From Planctomycetota bacterium (GTDB lineage: Bacteria > Planctomycetota > PLA2 > JAEUHO01), in NCBI GenBank assembly GCA_965223505.1, contig CBDCWP010000038.1, positions 192,001-256,000 of the forward strand: 64,000 nucleotides of DNA, written 5' to 3'. Position 1 is the stretch's first letter. Each line of letters starts with the position of its first letter. The position numbers and the translations under genes are program-made. Positions 42,745 to 53,076 of the stretch are shown one piece after another. Under the pieces are notes generated by a model. That model worked only from the letters and a program-made list of their open reading frames with translations, searched no databases and was not told the origin of the DNA.

Positions 42745-44274
42745 TCAGCGCTGCCGGGCCATCAGCCACTTGAAGATGCCGGCCACCCGGGGCGTGAGCT
42801 TGGTGCGGTTGTAGGCGTCGGCGGCGCGCTTCACGACCTCCGCCTGCGTCGGATACGGATGGATCACGTTGGCCAGATCGCCCAATCCGACGCCGTTGGC
42901 GATCGCGACCGTCAGCTCGCCGATCGTCTCGCCGGCGTGCCGCGACACCAGCGTCGCGCCGACGATCTCGGCCTTGCCCTTGCGCAGGTGGATCTTCACG
43001 AAGCCCTCGGTCTCGCGGTCGAGGATCGCGCGATCGACGCTGCCCAGGTCCTCGCGGATCGTATCGATCTCGATGCCCGCTTCCTCGGCCATCGAGGGCG
43101 TGAGTCCCACGTGCGCCACCTCGGGCTCGGTGTACGTGCACCAGGGCACGACGAGCTTGGAGCTCTTCGCTTTCGTCGGCAGGAACGGAAACAAGGCGTT
43201 GCGAATCACGATCCGCGCGTGCGCGTCGGCCGTGTGCGTGAACTGGAACCGCGATGCGACGTCCCCCGCCGCGTAGACGCGCTTGTTCGTTGTGCGAAGC
43301 GCGTCGTCGACCGTCACGCCCTTGCGGGCGTCGAACGCGATGCCCGCCGCGTCCAGCGCCAACGACTCGACGTTCGGCGCGCGGCCGACCGCGACGAGAA
43401 CGGCGTCGACCAACAGCTCGGTCGACGCGCCCTCGCGCCGCACCGTCACGCGCTTCTCGTCTCCGGCAGCGGACAGCTCGGTCTCCTCGCAGGCGCACAA
43501 GATCGTGACGCCGTCACGTTCGAGCGCCTTGCGCACGACGGCGCCCGCGTCGGGGTCTTCGCGCGGCAGCACGCCGCTCTCGCGTTCGATGAGCGTCACG
43601 TCGCTGCCGAAGCGCGCGAACGTCTGTGCCATCTCCGCGCCGATGGGCCCGGCACCGATGACCGCCATGCGGCGGGGAAGCTCCGTCAACGAGAACAGCG
43701 ATTCGTTCGTGAGGTAGTCGATGTCGTCGAGACCGGGAATGGGCGGCGCGGACGCTCGGGCCCCGGTCGCGATGCACGCCTTGGCGAAGTTCAGCGTCGC
43801 ATCGCCGACCTGGATCGTCCGCGCGCCCGTGAAGCGCGCATCGCCGAGGAAGACGTCGATGCCGAGCGAGCGGAAGCGCTCGGCGGAATCGTGATTCGCG
43901 ATGCCGGCCCGCAGCGCACGCATCTGCGCCATGACGGCGCCGAAGTCGACGCGCGACGGCGACGCCTCGACGCCGAACGCGGAGGCCGCTCTCACGTCCG
44001 CGACCGCGCGCGCGCTGCGAATGAGCGCCTTGCTGGGGACGCATCCGAAGTTCAGGCAGTCGCCGCCCATGAGGTGTCGTTCGACGAGCGCGACGTTCGC
44101 GCCGAGGCCCGCCGCCCCGGCCGCCGTCACCAACCCGGCGGTGCCGGCCCCGATGACGACCATGTTGTAATTCGCTTCGGGTTCGGGATTCACCCAGCCG
44201 GGCGGATGGACGAGCTCGACGAGCTCTTGGTTGTAGGGATCGGCCGGTTCTACGATCTGCCCAGTGCCCGTCAT
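42745..44274 (-). CDS. pyridine nucleotide-disulfide oxidoreductase (mercuric-reductase-like family)
   Basis: GAGTAG, GGDCLNFGCVPSK, GAGPIG, AAGDV, IHPYPT; no C-terminal Cys pair. Confidence 0.9.
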   Translation of the reverse strand: MTGTGQIVEPADPYNQELVELVHPPGWVNPEPEANYNMVVIGAGTAGLVTAAGAAGLGANVALVERHLMGGDCLNFGCVPSKALIRSARAVADVRAASAFGVEASPSRVDFGAVMAQMRALRAGIANHDSAERFRSLGIDVFLGDARFTGARTIQVGDATLNFAKACIATGARASAPPIPGLDDIDYLTNESLFSLTELPRRMAVIGAGPIGAEMAQTFARFGSDVTLIERESGVLPREDPDAGAVVRKALERDGVTILCACEETELSAAGDEKRVTVRREGASTELLVDAVLVAVGRAPNVESLALDAAGIAFDARKGVTVDDALRTTNKRVYAAGDVASRFQFTHTADAHARIVIRNALFPFLPTKAKSSKLVVPWCTYTEPEVAHVGLTPSMAEEAGIEIDTIREDLGSVDRAILDRETEGFVKIHLRKGKAEIVGATLVSRHAGETIGELTVAIANGVGLGDLANVIHPYPTQAEVVKRAADAYNRTKLTPRVAGIFKWLMARQR

Positions 44275-44322
44275 GCTGCTCCCCCACGTTGCGATACTGA
44301 CGGGAACGGGGGGCCGCGGGTT

Positions 44323-46653
44323 TCAGCCCGCGTTGCGGCGAACGAGCTCTTCGAGCTGCCCTTGCAGGCTGGCGACGGCCGTTTCGAGTCGCACGAGCAC
44401 CTCTTCGGCGCCGTCGAGCGTGCCGCCGCGCGCCATGGCAACCAGCTCCGACGTCGCGTCGATGGCCTCGGGAATGGCGAAGTTGCCGACGGAGCCCTTC
44501 AGCGCGTGGGCGCTGCGCTCGACGGCCTCGGCGTCACCCGACGCCACGGCGTCACGAACGGCGGTCATCATCGACGGGCTGTGCTCCAGGAACAGCTTCC
44601 CGATCCGCACGACCAATCCGTGGTCGCCCAGCCGCTCGGCGAGCATCTCGGGGTCGAGCGGCGTCACCTCGGACTCGATCGGCTCGAGGCCGGCCAGTTC
44701 CTCGACCGTCGCACAGAGGAATTCCGGGTCGACGGGCTTCGGAACGTAGGCGTCCATCCCGGCGGCGAGGAACCGCTCCTTGTCGCCCTTCATGGCGTGC
44801 GCCGTCATCGCGACGATCGGGACGCGCCGGTCGCCGGGCGCCTGGCCGGCCCGAATGGCGGCCGTCGCCTCGAGGCCGTCCATGTTCGGCATCTGCACGT
44901 CCATGAGGACGACGTCGTAGTCGTGCATCCCGACGGCACCCACCGCTTGCTCGCCGTCGTCGACCACCTGCACGCGATGGCCACGCTGCCCGAGAATGCC
45001 GACGGCGAGCGCTTGATTGATGTGATTGTCCTCGGCGAGCAAGATCGAAAGCGATCGCGAAGACGTCTTGGCGTCGTCGGATGCCGCGGGCGCGTCGGCT
45101 TCCGGCGTTGCGAGCGCCTCGATCACCGCGTCGAAGAGCTCCGACTGCTTGACGGGTTTGAGCAACCGAGATCGAACGCCCAACTCCTCGCCGCGGCCGG
45201 CGAAGTGATCGTCGGCGCCCGACGTCAAGATCACCATGGGGGTGTCCGCGAAGTTGCCTTCGCGCATCCTTGCCGCGAGGTCGAGACCGTCCAGACGCGG
45301 CATCTGGTAGTCGCTGATGACCAGCGCGTACGGCGCGTCCTCCTCGAGCGCCCGTTCGAGCGCCTCGAGGCCCTCTACGCCGTCGTTCGTCACCGTCGGC
45401 TGCAGTCCCCAGCTCGACAGCACTTCGCTCAGGATCCGGCGGTTCGTGGCGTTGTCGTCGACCACGAGAACGGAGGCGCCCTTCAGCGACGCCGGCATGC
45501 TGTAGGACGAACGCGACGACGCAGCCGACGCCTCCACCGGAATCTCGAAGTGAAACGCGCTGCCTTGTCCGACGCGGCTCTCGACCCAGATGTCGCCGCG
45601 CATCAGGTGGATCAGCTGTGAGCAGATCGCGAGTCCGAGGCCGGTGCCGCCGAACCGCCGTGTGGTCGAGGCGTCCGCTTGCGAGAACGAGTCGAAGATG
45701 TGCTTGCGCTTCTCTTCGGGGATCCCGACGCCGGTGTCACGCACGGCCACGTGGAGGATGATGCCACCGGTGCCGGAAGCGCGGCTCGTCACCGTGACGA
45801 CGACCTCGCCCTCGTCGGTGAACTTCACCGCGTTGCCGACGAGATTGACGATGACCTGACGCAGTCGCACCGGATCGCCGAGAATCCCGTCGGGGACGTT
45901 GCCGTCGACGCGCAGCGCCAGCTCCAACCCCTTTGCATCGGCGCGCACGGACTGCGTGCGCACCGCGTCCCCCAGCATGTCGCGCAGCGCGAAGCCGACC
46001 GCCTCCAGCTCGAGCTTGCCGGCTTCGATCTTCGAGAAGTCGAGGATGTCGTTGAGGATCACGAGCAGCGAGTCCGCCGACGACTTCACGGCTTCGAGAT
46101 ACTGCCGTTGCTCCTTGCTGAGGTCGGTTCGCAGCGCGAGCTCTGTCATCCCGAGGATGCCGTTCATCGGCGTGCGGATCTCGTGGCTCAGATTCGCCAG
46201 GAACTCGCTCTTCGCCTTGGTCGCCGCCTCGGCCGCCTCTTTGGCCTCCTCCATCAGGATCATCGCGTGTTTCATGTCGTCGACGTTGCGGGCGACGCAA
46301 TAGAGCAGCTCCCGCTCCGGATCCGGGACGGCCGACCACGAGAGCCAGTGGTAGGTGCCGTCCTTGGCGCGATACCGGTTCTCGAAGTTGAGCGTGGGCG
46401 CGCCTTTCTGGAGCCGCCGCGCCTCGGCGATGGTCGCCTCGACGTCGGCGGGGTGAACGAGCCGGAGCCACGGCGTCGCGAGCATTTCCGCTTGCGTGTA
46501 GCCGAGCAAGCGCTCGAACGCGGGGTTCACGCGCTTGAAGTAGCCGTCCATGCCGGCGATGGCGAGCAGGTCGAGCGAGATCTCGAACAGCTTGGCGCGT
46601 GCGAACTCGAGTCGCTCGCGGCCTTCGGTCTTGGGGCGTTCGTCGTCCGACAT
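44323..46653 (-). CDS. cytoplasmic hybrid histidine kinase (PAS-HisKA-HATPase-REC-REC-HPt)
   Basis: VHPAD PAS, SHEIRTPMNG, NLVGNAVKFT, GGTGLGL, two receivers (SDYQMP, MDVQMP), AHALKGS HPt. Confidence 0.96.
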   Translation of the reverse strand: MSDDERPKTEGRERLEFARAKLFEISLDLLAIAGMDGYFKRVNPAFERLLGYTQAEMLATPWLRLVHPADVEATIAEARRLQKGAPTLNFENRYRAKDGTYHWLSWSAVPDPERELLYCVARNVDDMKHAMILMEEAKEAAEAATKAKSEFLANLSHEIRTPMNGILGMTELALRTDLSKEQRQYLEAVKSSADSLLVILNDILDFSKIEAGKLELEAVGFALRDMLGDAVRTQSVRADAKGLELALRVDGNVPDGILGDPVRLRQVIVNLVGNAVKFTDEGEVVVTVTSRASGTGGIILHVAVRDTGVGIPEEKRKHIFDSFSQADASTTRRFGGTGLGLAICSQLIHLMRGDIWVESRVGQGSAFHFEIPVEASAASSRSSYSMPASLKGASVLVVDDNATNRRILSEVLSSWGLQPTVTNDGVEGLEALERALEEDAPYALVISDYQMPRLDGLDLAARMREGNFADTPMVILTSGADDHFAGRGEELGVRSRLLKPVKQSELFDAVIEALATPEADAPAASDDAKTSSRSLSILLAEDNHINQALAVGILGQRGHRVQVVDDGEQAVGAVGMHDYDVVLMDVQMPNMDGLEATAAIRAGQAPGDRRVPIVAMTAHAMKGDKERFLAAGMDAYVPKPVDPEFLCATVEELAGLEPIESEVTPLDPEMLAERLGDHGLVVRIGKLFLEHSPSMMTAVRDAVASGDAEAVERSAHALKGSVGNFAIPEAIDATSELVAMARGGTLDGAEEVLVRLETAVASLQGQLEELVRRNAG

Positions 46654-46792
46654 GTTCTCCCCCCGGTCGCTACCGGGCGCCACAAGTCTATGAGGCCGGG
46701 CCGGTGTCGGCACGTCGCCGTGTCCCGGCCCGTTCTCCGGCGCAGCGAGCGGTAGAATCCGCGCCTCGGCCTGACTCCAATGAGGTACCCCT

Positions 46793-49700
46793 GTGCGCAG
46801 TCTCCTCCCCGCTGTCGTCCTCGTGCTCACGGCGCTCCCGCTCATCGGAAGCCCTCGGACCGCGTTCGCCGGCGACGCCCTGCAGCCGTTTCATCACACG
46901 ATCAAGGCGAAGATCGATCCGGTGACGCATCGCATCGAGATCGTGGACGAGATCCGCATCCCCGATGACCGCCTCGGAACGCCGGGCGGCTTTCGCCTGC
47001 ACGCGGGCCTCTCGGTCGACACCCTCTTCGGTTCCGACTTCAGGGTCGCGCCAAAGGACGGCGAACCGGAGGCGGGGGCGACCGGCAGCGGCGAAGAGGG
47101 AACGCAACACGCCCTACGCCTGAAGACGTGGCTGATGAGCCCGAAGGCACGGACACCGGCCGAGACCATGAAGCTGCGCCTGCGCGGGACGATCCACCAT
47201 CCGCTGCAGACGGAGAGCGAAGAATACGCGCGCAGCTTCTCGCGCACGCCCGGCACGATCAGCAAGGAGGGCGTGTTTCTCGGAGGCTCGTCGTGGTGGC
47301 TGCCGCGCTTCGGCGACGAGCTCGTCACCTACACCCTGGAGGTGACGCTGCCGGAGGGCTGGCGCTCCGTCAGCCAGGGCGCGCGCACGAGCTCGAAGAC
47401 CGCCGACGGCAAGCACGTCGATACGTGGACGTGCAAGCATCCGATGGACGAGGTCTACCTCATCGCGAGCCGCTTCCACGAGTACAGCCGCTCCGCCGGC
47501 GGCGTGCTGGCGCAGGCGTTCCTGCGTTCGCCCGACGAGAACCTCGCGAACAAGTACCTCGAGGTCACTGCCCAGTACATCGAGATGTACCGCAAGCTCA
47601 TCGGTCCGTACGCCTTCGAGAAGTTCGCGCTCATCGAGAACTTCTGGGAGACCGGATACGGCATGCCGTCGTTCACGTTGCTCGGTCCACGGGTGATCCG
47701 TTTTCCCTTCATCCTGCACTCGAGCTATCCACACGAGATCCTGCACAACTGGTGGGGCAACTCGGTCTATGTCGACTGGGATACCGGCAATTGGTGCGAG
47801 GGGCTGACGGCCTATCTCGCCGACCATCTCATCCGTGAAGGTCAGGGCCGCGGCGTCGAGTACCGGCAGGACACGCTCAAGAGCTATCGAAACTACGTCA
47901 AGGAGGGGAAGGACTTCCCGTTGACGAAGTTCCGCTCGCGCCACTCCTCGGCGACGCAAGCGGTGGGCTACGGCAAGTGCCTCATGCTCTTCCACATGCT
48001 GCGGTCGCAGCTCGGCGACGACGTCTTCCAGCGCGGGCTGCAGCAGTTCTATCGCCAGAACAAGTGGCGCCGCGCTTCGTTCGGCGACATCCACGCGGTC
48101 TTCGAGGACGTCTCCGGCCGCGAGCTCGACCTGTTCTTCCTGCAGTGGGTGAAACGCACGGGCGCGCCCGAGCTGACGCTGGGCGACGTCGTCGCGAAGG
48201 AGAACGCGATCGAGTTCGAGCTCCGGCAGGTGCAGGAGGGCGCCGCCTACCGCCTGCGGGTCCCCGTCGTGGTGACGATGGAAGCGGGAGCGCCGGCCAA
48301 GCGCGTCGTCGTCGACATGCTGGCGAAGAAGCAGGCCTTCACGATCGATGTCCCGCAACGACCGGTGCGCATCGATGTCGATCCGGAGTTCGACGTGTTC
48401 CGCCGGCTGCACCGCGCCGAGATCCCGCCCACGATGAGCCAGATGTTCGGCGCGGACAAGGTCACGCTCGTCGTGCCGGACGACGGCGATCCGGGCGCGG
48501 CGCGCTGGCGTGCGCTCACCGAGGCGTGGAGCCGCGGCGCCGACAAGGTCAGCGTGGTCAAGGCGGACGCGTTGAAGGCTCTGCCCCAGGACAGCGCGGT
48601 GTGGGTGTTGGGCGCCGGCAACCCTTGGTGCAGGGTGCTCGAGCCCGAGCTCGCGCGCCACGGCGCCGGTCTGACGGACGACAAAGCGGACTTCGGCCTG
48701 GTCGAGATCCCACGCGCGAACCACAGCTTCGTCTATGTCGTGCGGCACCCGGAGAACGCGGAGCTCGCCGTCGGGTGGATCGGATCGCCCGTCGCGGCGG
48801 CGGTCGTCGGCCTCGCGCGCAAGCTGCCGCACTACGGCAAGTACAGCTACCTCGGCTTCCAAGGCGAAGCGCCCGACAACGTCGCCAAGGGCCGCTGGCC
48901 GACGACCGGGTCGCCCTTGTCGCACCTCACGGACGCGAAGGCCGGTCCCGTTGCGCGCGGCAAGCTGCCGGCCCGCACCCCGCTTGCCCGGCTCGCGCCC
49001 GTATTCGATCCGAAGCGATTGATGGCGCACGTCGAGTGGCTCGCCGATCCGGCGCGCGAAGGACGCGGCGCGGGCACGAAGGGACTCGAAGACGCGGCGA
49101 TGTACATCGAGGCCGCGATGAAGAAGGCGGGCCTGAAGCCGGGCGGGAACGACGGCACGTTCTTCCAGACGTTCGTGGCGCCGAACGGGCCCGAGGGGAA
49201 GCCGGTGTCGTTGCGCAACGTCGTCGGCGTCATCCCGGGCTCGAACCCGGAGATGGCGAAGCAGTCCGTCGTCCTCGGCGCGCACTACGACCACCTCGGC
49301 CGCGGCTGGCCCGACAACCGCGCGGCGAAAAAGGGCGAGATCTACAACGGCGCCGACGACAACGCCTCCGGCGTCGCCGTGCTGCTCGAGCTCGCGCAGC
49401 TGCTCGGCAGGACGCACAAGCCCTCGCGCACCATGGTCTTCGTCGCGTTCACCGGGGAGGAGTGGGGCCTGAAGGGGTCCCGGCACTACGTCGAGACCAT
49501 GAAGCGCTGGCCGGCGAGGCAGGCATTGGCCATGGTCAACATGGACACCGTCGGCCGTCTCGAGGGTAAGAAGGTGCAAGTGCTCGGGTCGAACACCGCG
49601 AGCGAGTGGCGGCACATCGCGATGGGCGTCGGGTTCACGACCGGCGTCGAGTCCGACTGCATCGCCGACGATCCCGGCGGCTCGGACCAGCAGAGCTTCG

Positions 49701-50182
49701 TACGCGTCGGCGTGCCGGCCGTGCAGATCTTCACGGGCGCGCACGCGGACTACCACCGGCCGACGGACGACGTGGAGAAGATCGACGCGAACGGCCTCGT
49801 GAAGGTCGCGACGTTCGTACGCGAGACCCTCGTCTACCTGGGCGAGCGCCCGCAGCCGCTGACGTCGAACCTGAAGGCGGGGGGTGACGCGCCGCGTCCG
49901 CCGCGCAACGGCGGGGGCCGCCGCGTGAGCTTCGGCACCATGCCGGACTTCGCGTACCGCGGACCGGGCGTCAAGGTCGCGTCGGTGATCGAGGATTCAC
50001 CGGCGGCGAAGGCCGGCATCCGGAAGGGCGACATCCTGCTCGGGATGGACGGAGAGGAGATGAAGGACCTGCGGTCCTTCTCGCAGATGCTCGGCCGTCA
50101 CGAGCCTGGCGACGTCGTGAAGGTGCGCTTCCGCCGCGGGGACGAGGAGCAGACCGTCGAAGCGACGCTCGTCGCGCGTTGA
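46793..50182 (+). CDS. secreted multidomain peptidase: M1-like + M28 + PDZ
   Basis: Signal peptide, HEILHNWWGN..WCEGL, GAHYDHLG, GADDNASG, FTGEE, SDQQSF, DYHRPTD, C-terminal PDZ. Confidence 0.9.
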   Translation: MRSLLPAVVLVLTALPLIGSPRTAFAGDALQPFHHTIKAKIDPVTHRIEIVDEIRIPDDRLGTPGGFRLHAGLSVDTLFGSDFRVAPKDGEPEAGATGSGEEGTQHALRLKTWLMSPKARTPAETMKLRLRGTIHHPLQTESEEYARSFSRTPGTISKEGVFLGGSSWWLPRFGDELVTYTLEVTLPEGWRSVSQGARTSSKTADGKHVDTWTCKHPMDEVYLIASRFHEYSRSAGGVLAQAFLRSPDENLANKYLEVTAQYIEMYRKLIGPYAFEKFALIENFWETGYGMPSFTLLGPRVIRFPFILHSSYPHEILHNWWGNSVYVDWDTGNWCEGLTAYLADHLIREGQGRGVEYRQDTLKSYRNYVKEGKDFPLTKFRSRHSSATQAVGYGKCLMLFHMLRSQLGDDVFQRGLQQFYRQNKWRRASFGDIHAVFEDVSGRELDLFFLQWVKRTGAPELTLGDVVAKENAIEFELRQVQEGAAYRLRVPVVVTMEAGAPAKRVVVDMLAKKQAFTIDVPQRPVRIDVDPEFDVFRRLHRAEIPPTMSQMFGADKVTLVVPDDGDPGAARWRALTEAWSRGADKVSVVKADALKALPQDSAVWVLGAGNPWCRVLEPELARHGAGLTDDKADFGLVEIPRANHSFVYVVRHPENAELAVGWIGSPVAAAVVGLARKLPHYGKYSYLGFQGEAPDNVAKGRWPTTGSPLSHLTDAKAGPVARGKLPARTPLARLAPVFDPKRLMAHVEWLADPAREGRGAGTKGLEDAAMYIEAAMKKAGLKPGGNDGTFFQTFVAPNGPEGKPVSLRNVVGVIPGSNPEMAKQSVVLGAHYDHLGRGWPDNRAAKKGEIYNGADDNASGVAVLLELAQLLGRTHKPSRTMVFVAFTGEEWGLKGSRHYVETMKRWPARQALAMVNMDTVGRLEGKKVQVLGSNTASEWRHIAMGVGFTTGVESDCIADDPGGSDQQSFVRVGVPAVQIFTGAHADYHRPTDDVEKIDANGLVKVATFVRETLVYLGERPQPLTSNLKAGGDAPRPPRNGGGRRVSFGTMPDFAYRGPGVKVASVIEDSPAAKAGIRKGDILLGMDGEEMKDLRSFSQMLGRHEPGDVVKVRFRRGDEEQTVEATLVAR

Positions 50183-50194
50183 CGCTGCGCTGCG

Positions 50195-50839
50195 CTACCC
50201 GTCGATGGAGATCTGCCCGTTGAGGAACGGGTTGTGGATGCGCTCGGCGCCGATCGTCGTGTCCTCGCCGTGGCCGGTGTACACGACGGTGTCGTCCGGC
50301 ATGCCGAGGATCGTCTCGCGCAACGTCTTCGCGTAGACCGCGGCGTCGCCGCCGAGATCCGTCCGCCCCACCGAGAGCTTGAACAGGCTGTCCCCGAAGA
50401 ATCCCTGGCCGTCGAAAAGGAACGTGACGCCGCCGGGCGTGTGACCGGGCGTGTGCACGACCTCGATCTCGCCGTCGCCGAAGGGAATGGACGAGACCTC
50501 GGCGAGGTCGATGTCCACGCGCGGGACGCGCAGGCCCTGCATGCCGAACATCATCCCGTGCTGCGGGAGCTGCTGGAGTAGCTCGAAGTCACCTTGATGC
50601 AGCGCGAACGGAACGTCGAGCGCCTCCTTCACCTCGTACACCGCGCCCACGTGATCGAGGTGCGCGTGCGTGCCCAGGATGTGCGTGATCGTCGCACCCG
50701 AGGCGTCGACGGCGGCGAGGATGCGCTCGGCTTCGTCGCCGGGGTCGATGATGACGCCGTCGCCGCTCGCGCGATCCTTGACGATGCGGCAATTCTGCTG
50801 GAAAGGGCTCACGACGATGGTGGTGACGTCCAGGTCCAT
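50195..50839 (-). CDS. MBL-fold metallo-hydrolase (glyoxalase II-like)
   Basis: IDPG, THAHLDHVG, HTPGHTPG, GDSLF, GRTDL, GHG. Confidence 0.93.
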   Translation of the reverse strand: MDLDVTTIVVSPFQQNCRIVKDRASGDGVIIDPGDEAERILAAVDASGATITHILGTHAHLDHVGAVYEVKEALDVPFALHQGDFELLQQLPQHGMMFGMQGLRVPRVDIDLAEVSSIPFGDGEIEVVHTPGHTPGGVTFLFDGQGFFGDSLFKLSVGRTDLGGDAAVYAKTLRETILGMPDDTVVYTGHGEDTTIGAERIHNPFLNGQISIDG

Positions 50840-50933
50840 GGCGCGCATCTTCTCCCGCTCCGCAGGCCGACACGAGAAAGGAACACCCGGGGATCTGCGA
50901 CCGCCGTGCCGCACCGGGACCTACAATTGAGGA

Positions 50934-52037
50934 ATGAGCATCCTCGCCCCCCGCCGCAAGACCCGCAGCGTCCGCGTGGGCGACCTGGAATTGGGCTCGG
51001 AGCACCCGATTCGGGTCCAGACGATGACCAAGGGCGATACCGCGGACGTGCATGCCACGTTCGACGAGATCATCGGTCTCGAGGCGACCGGCTGCGAGCT
51101 TGTCCGCGTGAGCGTGCCGAGCATGGCGCAGGCCGAGGCGCTCGGCGAGATCAAGAAGATGATCTCCATCCCCCTCGTCGCGGACATCCACTTTTCGGCG
51201 CCTCTGGCGCTGGAGGCCATCGCGCAGGGCGTGGACAAGGTGCGGATCAACCCGGGCAACATCGGTCGGCGGGACGAGGTCGAGAAGGTCGTGCGGGCCG
51301 CGAAGGACAAGGGCGTCGCGATGCGGATCGGCGTCAACTCCGGGTCGATTCGCGAGCGCAAGGGGCTGTCGGTCATCGAGAGCGACGAGGACCTGATCGA
51401 GCTGAGCGTGCGCGAGGCGCTGTACCACGTCGAGATCCTCGAAAGCCTGGACTTCTACGACACCGTCATCTCGATCAAGGCGCACACGATTCCGCTCACG
51501 GTCGAGGCGAACCGCCGTCTCGCGAAGGCGTGCGACTATCCGATCCACCTCGGCGTGACGCACGCGGGCAGCTTGCTGCCGGCGACGGTGAAGTCGTCGG
51601 CCGCGATGGGCCTGCTGTTGACCGAGGGGATCGGCGACACGATCCGGCTGTCGATCACGGGCGACAACCGCGACGAGGTCAAGGTCGGTCACATGCTGCT
51701 CGAGCATCTGGGGTTGCGCGAGCCGACGTTCGACGTCTACGCGTGTCCGTCCTGTGGTCGCGCGGAGGTGGACCTGATCGGATTGACGAAGCAGGTCGAG
51801 GAGATCACGAAGGACCTGACGTATCCGTGCCGCGTCGCGGTGATGGGCTGCATCGTGAACGGACCCGGGGAAGCGGCGGATGCGGACGTGTCGATCTCCG
51901 CCGGGCGCGGATTCGGGTTCATCTACCGTGGTTCGCAGATGATCAAGAAGGTGCAGGAGGCGGATCTGGTGCGGGAGCTGCGCGCCGAGATCGACGCCTG
52001 GATTGCGGAGAAGCAGGCGGAGGAGGCCGCCGTTTGA
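50934..52037 (+). CDS. ispG: (E)-4-hydroxy-3-methylbut-2-enyl-diphosphate synthase
   Basis: PLVADIHF, RINPGNI, RIGVNSGS, HLGVT, GIGDTIRLS, CPSCGR, MGCIVNGPGEA. Confidence 0.97.
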   Translation: MSILAPRRKTRSVRVGDLELGSEHPIRVQTMTKGDTADVHATFDEIIGLEATGCELVRVSVPSMAQAEALGEIKKMISIPLVADIHFSAPLALEAIAQGVDKVRINPGNIGRRDEVEKVVRAAKDKGVAMRIGVNSGSIRERKGLSVIESDEDLIELSVREALYHVEILESLDFYDTVISIKAHTIPLTVEANRRLAKACDYPIHLGVTHAGSLLPATVKSSAAMGLLLTEGIGDTIRLSITGDNRDEVKVGHMLLEHLGLREPTFDVYACPSCGRAEVDLIGLTKQVEEITKDLTYPCRVAVMGCIVNGPGEAADADVSISAGRGFGFIYRGSQMIKKVQEADLVRELRAEIDAWIAEKQAEEAAV

Positions 52038-52189
52038 CGGCGAGCCTCGTCCGCATGCTTCTGTAGGGGCGGGGCAACCGGGTTCGCCGTGTGCGCGTCG
52101 TCGTTCGCGGGCCGGAAACCAACGTTCGTATGGTCGTTTTCCGGTCCGCTGGGAGCCAATCGTACGGGTGTGACCGCTACAGTGGGCGC

Positions 52190-52591
52190 ATGGAGTTCCA
52201 ACGGACGTTCTCCGGCGCGCCGTGGGAATCGAAAGTCGGATACTGCCGCGCGCTGCGTGCCGGCAATCACGTCTTCGTGACGGGGACCGCGCCCGTGGCC
52301 GACGACGGCTCGACGTTCGCCCCCGGCGATGCCTACGCCCAGGCCAAGCGGTGTTTCGAGATCGTCGAGCGTTCGATCGCTCCGCTGGGCGCGACGATGA
52401 AGGAGGTCGTGCGCACCCGCATGTTCGTCACCGACATCTCGCAGTGGGAGGCCTTCGGCCGCGCGCACGTCGAGGTATTCGCCGACCATCCCCCCTGCAC
52501 GACGATGGTCGAGGTGAACGCCCTCATCGATCCGGACATGCTCGTCGAGATCGAGGTCGACGCGATCATCGGTGACGAGCCGTCGTCATGA
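52190..52591 (+). CDS. RidA/YjgF family protein
   Basis: SGAPWESKVGYCRA, VVRTRMFVTD, LVEIEVDA. Confidence 0.9.
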   Translation: MEFQRTFSGAPWESKVGYCRALRAGNHVFVTGTAPVADDGSTFAPGDAYAQAKRCFEIVERSIAPLGATMKEVVRTRMFVTDISQWEAFGRAHVEVFADHPPCTTMVEVNALIDPDMLVEIEVDAIIGDEPSS

Positions 52592-53076
52592 CGAGTCGAG
52601 GGCTGGGCACCTGGGCGCTGCAGCTGTGGGCGCTCTACTCGCTGGTCGCGTACGCCGCATCGCTCGCGTTGACGTCGACGCACTACGACCGCGCCTTCGA
52701 CCACCTGTCCCGAACGTACGTCAACCGGGGGATGCTCGAGGGGGTCATCGTCGTCGTCGCGTCTGCCGCGTTGCTGTGGAAGGCACGATCGCTGGTTCGC
52801 CTTTTCGTCCCACCGCGCGACGACGCCGTCAGCAGCGGCGGGGTGTTCGACACGGCGCTCGTGTGCACCGGCGTCACGATCTTCGTCATCACGATGGGAC
52901 GACTGGCCGGCCTGCTGGTGTTTCCCGTCGGCGAATGGGTCCAGCGGGAATTCCTGGAAAGCGGCGCGGAGCTGCGCTGGGACCTCGGAGCCGTGCTCGC
53001 GGCGCTTCTGGCGATCGTGACACCACGACTCATCGCCGTGATGAAGCTGCAGCGTGAATCGGGAGCAGCGCAATGA
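52588..53076 (+). CDS. hypothetical 4-TM membrane protein
   Basis: ATGA overlap; four hydrophobic segments. Confidence 0.65.
   Translation: MTSRGLGTWALQLWALYSLVAYAASLALTSTHYDRAFDHLSRTYVNRGMLEGVIVVVASAALLWKARSLVRLFVPPRDDAVSSGGVFDTALVCTGVTIFVITMGRLAGLLVFPVGEWVQREFLESGAELRWDLGAVLAALLAIVTPRLIAVMKLQRESGAAQ

Noticed and set aside
42745..44274. Mercury resistance (merA)
   Set aside because: No C-terminal Cys-Cys, no NmerA domain and no mer operon genes.
46793..50182. M1-M28-PDZ fusion as a novel system
   Set aside because: To my knowledge this architecture is already widespread in annotated genomes.
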